In this document: piece after piece, positions 57,591 to 64,000 of the stretch
Numbering within the stretch: position 1 is the first letter of the stretch
How the letters are laid out: the number at the start of each line of letters is the position of its first letter
NCBI GenBank assembly: GCA_965219385.1
Contig: CBDCNM010000002.1
Location: 2,986,305-3,050,304, forward strand
Reading direction: 5' to 3'
Length of the DNA: 64,000 bases
Origin: Candidatus Latescibacterota bacterium
GTDB taxonomy: Bacteria; Latescibacterota; UBA2968; UBA8231
The notes under the pieces: model-generated
The model's database searches: none
Seen by the model: the letters and a program-made list of their open reading frames with translations, nothing else
Told to the model about the DNA's origin: nothing
Translations under genes and position numbers: made by a program

Positions 57591-58971
57591 AGGCCCACAG
57601 CGCCAAGAAGAAGGAGAGGCCGGCCTCCAGCACCAGGATGACGATCGGGGTGATCTCCGCTTCCAGTCCCTCTTTTAGAGTGGGTCTTTTCAGTTCCAGG
57701 CGTGGGATGTGGTCCGGATTCAGGGATTTGTTGGACATATAGCCGGGAAAGAAGTAGATATGCGGTGAGTCAGGGTCGGCCGCATCCCGGGCGCGCAAAA
57801 ATTCGCGCAGGGTATCCCGGTACTGCCAGGCCCGTTCAAAGGCCAGGTCGCGGCGCACTACCCCGGTGCCCAGAAACCCCTCGATGGTATACTGGAAAGC
57901 ATAACCCGGAGAGAGCAGATTAACCGCCTTTGCGGCCCGGTACTGGCGCCGCAATTGTTCTTCTACCTGCCGCGCCAGTTGGGCCTGCTCTTTTTCGGCT
58001 GCGCGCAGGCGTTCGGCATAGCGCCTTTCCTGGGCGTAGTTGTCGTGCCTGCCCTGTCCCCGGCCGCGCATTACGAGACCCTCCTCCCCGAGACTGTCCC
58101 ATACTTCGTCCATATAATCCCATATCTGGTCGGGATTAGCCGGCTCCACAATCTGTTCGCCGATAAGCGAAGAGGTTTGCGGAATGATGACAATGAATAT
58201 GGCCCAGATGAGAACGAGGAGCACGATGGAGGAAGATGAATTGCGCATCAGGGCGGAAACGCCAATGGACAAAAAAAGAAAAATGGCCAGATAGAGCACG
58301 GTGCCCAGTAAAAACAATCCGTATCCTTGCAGGATGCGCGCATTTAAATCAAAGGTCTCGTTGAGCGAGAGGCACAGCAAACTGATCAGCGTGCCGATCA
58401 AAACCGCTGCCATCAGGACGGCCAGGTGAGCCAGAAACTTGCCGGCCAGGAAGTGCGCTCGGGACAGCGGATTGGCCAGGGCCACCCTGAGGGTGCCGGC
58501 TTCGAATTCGCGGGAAACCGCGTCGTAGGCCAGGACGATGCACAGAAACGAAAGCACAAAGCGCACGATCATGGTCCAGTCCAGCAGGTCAAAGCGCTCC
58601 ATTACCGCATTTACGGTCATGGGGCGAGAGGGCGAGGGAATATTTGCCGACTCGGGGCTGAGCTGGAAGGTGGTATTCAGAAATCGCGTACCTCCTTCGG
58701 CAATGAATTCGGTGCCCACCAGCTGGCTGGTGAATCGGTACCAATTCCCCACGGCTTGGTTCAGGGTTTCGACCTCTTCGTAGCGGCGCTCGTTCTCGCG
58801 GTTGATGTGCTCCATTTCAATGACCATGCGCTCGGCCCGCCAGGCAAAGACCAGACCGTTTATCAAAAAGAAAACCAGCAGGATGATCAGGCTGATCTGG
58901 AAGCGCAGGGATTTGAGGTGGTCGTGCAACTGGTGCAGAAAAACAGTGGCCACGGAATACCTCCGGTTCAA
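57565..58971 (-). CDS. ABC-2 type transporter permease
   Basis: LAYDAVSREFEAGTLRVALANPLSRAHFLAGKF. Confidence 0.85.
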   Translation of the reverse strand: MNRRYSVATVFLHQLHDHLKSLRFQISLIILLVFFLINGLVFAWRAERMVIEMEHINRENERRYEEVETLNQAVGNWYRFTSQLVGTEFIAEGGTRFLNTTFQLSPESANIPSPSRPMTVNAVMERFDLLDWTMIVRFVLSFLCIVLAYDAVSREFEAGTLRVALANPLSRAHFLAGKFLAHLAVLMAAVLIGTLISLLCLSLNETFDLNARILQGYGLFLLGTVLYLAIFLFLSIGVSALMRNSSSSIVLLVLIWAIFIVIIPQTSSLIGEQIVEPANPDQIWDYMDEVWDSLGEEGLVMRGRGQGRHDNYAQERRYAERLRAAEKEQAQLARQVEEQLRRQYRAAKAVNLLSPGYAFQYTIEGFLGTGVVRRDLAFERAWQYRDTLREFLRARDAADPDSPHIYFFPGYMSNKSLNPDHIPRLELKRPTLKEGLEAEITPIVILVLEAGLSFFLALWAFNRVEIAG

Positions 58972-60536
58972 CGGGGATCGTAGCGCAGGAAGCGTCTTAT
59001 CGCGATCATCATGCTCAGGCCGAATACCAGCAGCAGCACCACCAGGCCCGGCGTCATCAGGACGAGGGATTCGCCCAGGGTCCGGTGCCAGTTGATCTCG
59101 AAGCGGGGCAGGGTCTTCAGGTCGAGGCGACGCGCCGGATCTTGGTTGGCCTTTTTCTCCTGCTCCTCGGTCCAGGCCATGCGCTCTTTCATAAAGGGCG
59201 AGGCCGGATGCAGCATTTCGTCGGTGACTTCCTCGGGGTTGGGAATCATGGGCTCCTGGTCCTCGGGATCGTCGCTGAACCAGCGCCGGCTGCCGAAGAG
59301 GTTCTCCTCCTGCATGTGGCGGTAGAGCTGCTCGCGGAAACGCATGCCCAGTTGCCCCATGCGCAGCCGGTCGTCGAGCGAATTGTTGAGCACTTGTTTG
59401 GCCAGGATCTTGTAATTGGCAAACGGCGAGAGGAAACTCCAGTCCTCCACGTTCATGCCCTGGCGAAGGTGGGGACCGGTGGTGGCCGGCCAGATCACCT
59501 TGGTCGAGGCATCGGTGCGTTCGAGCAGCTTGTTGTAGCGGAATTCATTGCGCTTCTGCAGCCAGGCGTAGCCCCGCGGGTGGGCATAGCGCAGGACGCC
59601 GTTGCGCCGCAGGCCCTTGAGGTAGGCTTCCCCCGGGCCGGGATTGCGCTCCTCCCATTCCTCCATCTCTTTGTTAAAGTCCTTCCACAACTTGCGGTCC
59701 TCGTCCAGGAAGTACTGGATGGGCTTTTCGTCGACGCCAAAGCGGCTGATGGAGGGCAGGATATTGGCGTAGCCCACGCCGCCGACCAGCCAGCCGAAGA
59801 GGCAGATGATGAGGGCTGTGGCCGAGTTGCGGGCAAAGCAAGAAACCATCAGACTCAGGGAAAAAACCTGGCCTAAGAACAGGCAGGAAATGAGAAAATA
59901 GAAGCCCAGGCGGATCCACTCCTCGCTGCTGAAAACAATTTCCGGATTGGCCATCAAAATGATCAGGTTGATTAAAAAGGCCAGGGCCAGAGCGGTCCAC
60001 AGGGTGATCAGGCCGCCCAGGAGCTTGGCCACTACAATACTGCCGCGCGCCAGGGGATGGGTAAGGATCAGACCCAGGGTGCCGCGCTCCCGTTCACCGC
60101 AGATGCCGTCGAAACCTAGGACCACGGCCAGGAAGCTGAGGAGCAGGGCCACGGCGCCGGTGAAGTCGATCCACACCAGGGTATTGAGGCGGTCGTTTCC
60201 GGTCCATCGTCCCAGAGGGGTGGGACCGGGTCTTTTGTAGTGTATGCTGACGCGGTAGTGGTAACCCCTGGCTTCGGAGGCGCCGCGGGCAAAAATGGCG
60301 AGGGGCTGGGGGGTGATATAAAACCGGACATGCAGTCGATCGTATACTGTAATGTCCTTCTGCCCCTCCGCATGCTGCCTGGACTCGGTGCGGTAGACAT
60401 CCATGGCCCGGGAGAAGTCCAGGCTACCCACCACACCGGTCAGCACGGACAGAATCACCGCGAAGATCAACACGATCGTCAGGCGCAAGGTCAGCAGGTT
60501 GTCGAGGAGTTCCTTGCGCACCAGGGTCCAGAGCAT
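58968..60536 (-). CDS. ABC-2 type transporter permease
   Basis: MLWTLVRKELLDNL; FDGICGERERGTLGLILTHPLARGSIVVAKL. Confidence 0.85.
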   Translation of the reverse strand: MLWTLVRKELLDNLLTLRLTIVLIFAVILSVLTGVVGSLDFSRAMDVYRTESRQHAEGQKDITVYDRLHVRFYITPQPLAIFARGASEARGYHYRVSIHYKRPGPTPLGRWTGNDRLNTLVWIDFTGAVALLLSFLAVVLGFDGICGERERGTLGLILTHPLARGSIVVAKLLGGLITLWTALALAFLINLIILMANPEIVFSSEEWIRLGFYFLISCLFLGQVFSLSLMVSCFARNSATALIICLFGWLVGGVGYANILPSISRFGVDEKPIQYFLDEDRKLWKDFNKEMEEWEERNPGPGEAYLKGLRRNGVLRYAHPRGYAWLQKRNEFRYNKLLERTDASTKVIWPATTGPHLRQGMNVEDWSFLSPFANYKILAKQVLNNSLDDRLRMGQLGMRFREQLYRHMQEENLFGSRRWFSDDPEDQEPMIPNPEEVTDEMLHPASPFMKERMAWTEEQEKKANQDPARRLDLKTLPRFEINWHRTLGESLVLMTPGLVVLLLVFGLSMMIAIRRFLRYDPR

Positions 60537-60619
60537 GGTCTTGTCCAGTTCCAGTGCTACCAGGGTTTGTCCGACGGTCCTCTTGCAGGCCAGCTGGTCA
60601 GCAGAAATAGTCTTCACTA

Positions 60620-61573
60620 GGCTGTGTACGATAATTGCTTGAAATAGTATTGGGACGTGGTATACTCTCTTTCAACCATTGAATCGAAGGAGGGGATACC
60701 GATGGCCCGCTACGACTTAACCGATGAAGAATTTGCCCTGCTAAAGCCGTTGTTACCTGCCGAACGGTCGGGCAAACCGGGCTGCCCTTATCGGAGTCAT
60801 CGCCAAGTGCTCAACGGCATTTTCTGGATTTTACGCACCGGCGCGCCTTGGCGCGATTTGCCCCCCCGGTACGGCCCTTGGAGCACGGGGGCCGACCGGT
60901 TTCGTCGTTGGGAACAAAAAGGCTTATGGCAACAGATCCTGGATGCGTTAGAAGCCCAAGCGCGCCATATGGATCAGATCGATTTTACGTTCGCCGCCCT
61001 CGATGGGAGCATCGTTCGGGCGCATAAAGCAGCCGCCGGGGCAAAAAAAACATAAATGGTGTTTCCATAAGCCGTGAAGAAAGCCTTCAAAAACAGGGGC
61101 TTGGGCAAAGCCGTGGCGGCTATACCACCAAAATTCATGTCCTTTGTGAAGGGGCGGGCAAGCCCATCACGGTTACCATAACCCCGGGTCAGCAGCATGA
61201 ATCCACCCAGGTAGACGCCTTGCTCGATTCAGTGGCCATTGGAGGCAAACCCGGTCCCAAGCGCACCCGGTTTGAAGCCCTGGCCGGTGATAAAGCCTAT
61301 GATAGTCAATCCATCCGCGAGAAACTGCGCCAACGGCGAACCAAGCCCGTGATCGCCCATCGAAAAAATCGGCAGGGGGAGTATCCCCCTGAGGCCATCG
61401 GATTCGACAAGGACTTATATCGGCAGCGCAATGTGGTGGAACGACTCATCGGACGGCTCAAAGAAAACCGACGCATTGCCACCCGATATGAAAAACACGC
61501 CGACAGGTATCAGGCGATGATCATACTCGCTTTCATCCGTATTTGGCTCAAAAACCTTTTATCGTACACAGCC
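60620..61573 (+). mobile_element. IS5-family insertion sequence, copy 2, 954 bp, inverted relative to copy 1
   Basis: Same 15-bp IRs, TA duplication in CTAG, identical translated ORFs. Confidence 0.95.
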
Positions 61574-61576
61574 TAG
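60702..61576 (+). CDS. IS5-family transposase with -1 frameshift at A8 (61043-61050)
   Basis: AAGGAGG RBS; promoter-like TTGAAA-N16-TATACT at 60639-60666; stop TAG supplied by the target site. Confidence 0.9.
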
Positions 61577-61603
61577 TCTAAAGGCCGAATTTGGCCATGT
61601 CAA
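61575..61603 (-). promoter_or_regulatory. Sigma70-type promoter facing the ABC permeases, now separated from them by the IS
   Basis: TTGACA (61603-61598) - 17 nt - TAGACT (61580-61575); GGCC-GAATTT-GGCC dyad in the spacer. Confidence 0.6.
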
Positions 61604-61797
61604 GGAGGCCCCCAACTCCTTCATCCAGCAGCGGCAAAATCCCTTCCCGGTCTTGAGTCCGGTGCATTTATTTCTCTGTTGGTCATCCCGGGTTCAGTCC
61701 TACTTGACACGGCCTGTGTGCGTGCTCTATTTTATCCACGACAAAGCCGTATTTTAAGGTTTTAAACCACCCAACAAGCAACGAGAGGGGGTGACCC

Positions 61798-62706
61798 TTG
61801 AAAGATTTCGAATACACTGCTCCCCGGACCCTGCGCGAAGCCGTGGCCTCGATGGTGGAAAAGGGCGCACAGGCCCGGGCTCTGGCCGGGGGAACGGACT
61901 TGATCGTCCAGCTCAGGGTAAAGCGCTTGCAACCCGAGCGGATCGTGGATGTCAAGCACATCCCAGAGCTCAACGAGCTCTCCTACGGTCCCAGAAAGGG
62001 ACTGACGATCGGAGCGGCCGTGCCCTGCCACCGGCTCTACGGGGATGCAGAGGTCGTCGAGCGCTATCCGGGGCTGATCGATTCGGCCGCCATCATCGGC
62101 GGCATCCAGATTCAGGGACGGGCCACTTTTGGCGGCAACCTGTGCAATGCCTCGCCGAGTGCGGATACCATCCCGTCCCTGATCGCCTATGGCGCAACCT
62201 GCGAGATTGCAGGGCCCAACGGCAGGCGCCAGGTGGCGGTGGAGGATTTTTGCACCGCTCCGGGCCAGAGCGTGCTGCAGCTGGGCGAACTCCTGGTCGC
62301 TTTGCGGATCCCCCCGGTGCGCAAGCACTCGGGGGCGCATTATCTGCGTTTCATTCCGCGCAACGAGATGGACATCGCCGTAGTCGGGGCGGGGGCCTAC
62401 GTGGAGTTGGCCAACCGCAAAAAGGAATTCAAAGCGGTCCGCATCGGACTGGCCGCGGTGGCGCCGACGCCCCTGTTCGCCAGGGCGGCCGGCGAACTGC
62501 TGGTGGGCCGTCCGGTGAGCCCTGAGGCCATCGAGGAGGCGGCCGAAGCCGCCAAGGGCATTGCGCGGCCGATTTCGGATATGCGCGGCCCCGCGGATTT
62601 CCGCACTCACCTGGTGGGCGTGCTGACCAGGCGGGCCCTGAACGGGGCCATCGAACGGGCGCGCGGCAATTTTGTCGCCAATGCCGTCCAGGAAGCAGCG
62701 GGTTAA
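61798..62706 (+). CDS. Xanthine dehydrogenase family FAD-binding subunit (CoxM-like)
   Basis: FEYTAPRTL, LAGGTDL, IQGRATFGGNLCNASPSAD, PISDMRG. Confidence 0.92.
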   Translation: MKDFEYTAPRTLREAVASMVEKGAQARALAGGTDLIVQLRVKRLQPERIVDVKHIPELNELSYGPRKGLTIGAAVPCHRLYGDAEVVERYPGLIDSAAIIGGIQIQGRATFGGNLCNASPSADTIPSLIAYGATCEIAGPNGRRQVAVEDFCTAPGQSVLQLGELLVALRIPPVRKHSGAHYLRFIPRNEMDIAVVGAGAYVELANRKKEFKAVRIGLAAVAPTPLFARAAGELLVGRPVSPEAIEEAAEAAKGIARPISDMRGPADFRTHLVGVLTRRALNGAIERARGNFVANAVQEAAG

Positions 62707-62724
62707 ACCTCAAGCACCTAAGCA

Positions 62725-62746
62725 GGTCCCATCCTCGGATGGGACC
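62725..62746. repeat. Perfect intergenic palindrome
   Basis: GGTCCCATCC-TC-GGATGGGACC. Confidence 0.8.
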
Positions 62747-62769
62747 CTTTAAATGGAGCAAGTGGATCA

Positions 62770-63237
62770 ATGAGTAAAGTTCACGTTCAGACCAAGATCA
62801 ACGGAGAAGAAGTCGAGTTTCTCTGCGAACTCCGCCAGAGTCTGCTCGAAGTGCTGCGCGAGGAACTCGGTTTCACCGGAACCAAGGAGGGCTGCAACGA
62901 CGGAAATTGCGGCGCCTGCAGTACCATTATCGACGGAGTCCTGGTGGACTCCTGCCTGGTGCTGGCCGTCGAAGCCCAGGACAAGGAGATCACCACGGTC
63001 GAGGGTCTGGCCACGCCCATGGAGCTGCATCCCCTGCAGCAGAAGTTCCTCGAGCACGCCAGCCTGCAGTGCGGCGTCTGCACCCCGGGCTTCCTGGTAG
63101 CTGCCAAGTCCCTGCTCGACCACAACCCCAATCCCACCGAACACGAGGTGCGTCACTGGCTGGCCGGCAATCTGTGCCGCTGCACCGGGTACGACAAGAT
63201 CGTCCGGGCGGTGCTGGATGCCGCGCAGGCCGGATAG
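62770..63237 (+). CDS. Xanthine dehydrogenase family 2Fe-2S subunit (CoxS-like)
   Basis: GTKEGCNDGNCGACS, QCGVCTPG, GNLCRCTGY. Confidence 0.95.
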   Translation: MSKVHVQTKINGEEVEFLCELRQSLLEVLREELGFTGTKEGCNDGNCGACSTIIDGVLVDSCLVLAVEAQDKEITTVEGLATPMELHPLQQKFLEHASLQCGVCTPGFLVAAKSLLDHNPNPTEHEVRHWLAGNLCRCTGYDKIVRAVLDAAQAG

Positions 63238-63265
63238 CCCGTTCCTGTAAAAGGAGGAAACACCC

Positions 63266-64000
63266 ATGTCGTCCACTAATGGAAACTACAAGGTCATCGG
63301 CACCCGTCCCATCCGCCACGACGGCACGGACAAGGTGACCGGTCGGGCCGTATATGGCGGGGATACGCGGTTGCCGGGTATGCTCTATGGCCAGGTCCTG
63401 CGCAGTCCCCACGCCCACGCCCGCATCAAGTCGATCGACACCAGCAAGGCCGAGGCCCTGGAGGGGGTCCGCGCGGTGGTCACGGCCAAAGATTTGCCCG
63501 GCACCGGTCCCGAGGAGATGGTGGATCTGGGGGAGGGGCCGGCCAAACTGAAATACATGCGCGACAACGTTCTGGCCTCTGACAAGGCCCTCTACAGGGG
63601 GCATGCGATCGCCGCGGTGGCGGCCACCAGCCCGCACATTGCGGACGAAGCCCTGGGCCTGATCGAGGTGGAGTACGAGGTATTGCCTACGGCGATGACG
63701 GTGCACGAAGCCATGAAGGAGGATGCCCCCCTGGTGCACGAGGACCTGACCACTCAGGAGATGGGCGAGGACACCGGCGTGCACAGCAATATCACCACCC
63801 ACGTCCTCTACGAGTTGGGCGACCCCCAAAAGGCCTTTGCCGAAGCCGCTGTCGTGGTCGAGCGCGAGGTCGACACCGCGACCGTGCACCAGGGCTATAT
63901 CGAACCGCACAATGCCACGGCCGTGTGGAATCCGGACGGTTATTTGACCGTCTGGACCAGCACTCAGGGGGCCTTCACCGCGCAGAAGCAGCTGGGCGCT
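63266..64000 (+). CDS. Xanthine dehydrogenase family molybdopterin-binding subunit, truncated by the window
   Basis: AAGGAGG RBS; MSSTNGNYKVIGTRPIRHDGTDKVTGRAVY...LRSPHAHARIKSID...HQGYIEPH...VWTSTQG; not in the ORF track. Confidence 0.92.
   Translation, partial: MSSTNGNYKVIGTRPIRHDGTDKVTGRAVYGGDTRLPGMLYGQVLRSPHAHARIKSIDTSKAEALEGVRAVVTAKDLPGTGPEEMVDLGEGPAKLKYMRDNVLASDKALYRGHAIAAVAATSPHIADEALGLIEVEYEVLPTAMTVHEAMKEDAPLVHEDLTTQEMGEDTGVHSNITTHVLYELGDPQKAFAEAAVVVEREVDTATVHQGYIEPHNATAVWNPDGYLTVWTSTQGAFTAQKQLGA

Noticed and set aside
61798..64000. Calling the operon aerobic CO dehydrogenase (coxMSL)
   Set aside because: The diagnostic AYXCSFR active-site loop lies beyond the window, so only a family-level call is supportable.

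Overview
Bacterial chromosomal window, GC-rich over most of its length, with an AT-richer defence islet at the left end. (1) 1-7.4 kb, minus strand: a type I restriction-modification locus. It holds a single-TRD hsdS, hsdM, an orphan antitoxin, three 27-nt hairpins derived from rhuM-like remnants, a main hsdS split by an IS5-family element, and an HNH-plus-helical-repeat protein that runs off the left edge and is missing from the ORF track. (2) 7.5-22 kb, minus strand: a DUF4838-like protein, amtB and P-II, then a TPR / CRTAC1 (FG-GAP + ASPIC-UnbV) / membrane-fused spermidine-synthase cluster. (3) 22.6-53 kb, plus strand, the most unusual part: a ~30 kb co-oriented envelope locus. It encodes a CBM9-like protein with a SWGRIK tail, two paralogous ~1000-aa predicted outer-membrane barrels with acidic Ca-binding-like repeats, two paralogous lipoproteins plus a third, a discoidin + FlgD-Ig protein, a PorV/PorQ-like barrel, a 1090-aa TPR protein, ExbB-ExbD-ExbD without TonB, a SurA/PrsA-like PPIase, five DUF6785-like polytopic membrane proteins and a third CRTAC1 protein. 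(4) 53-64 kb: TPR proteins, a GH42-like protein, two ABC-2 permeases whose apparent promoter is cut off by a second copy of the same IS, and a xanthine-dehydrogenase-family coxM/S/L-type operon truncated by the window end. Gene content suggests an uncultured FCB-related lineage such as Latescibacterota (inference only). All family calls come from recognising motifs by eye; no searches were run. No rRNA, tRNA or CRISPR array was seen.
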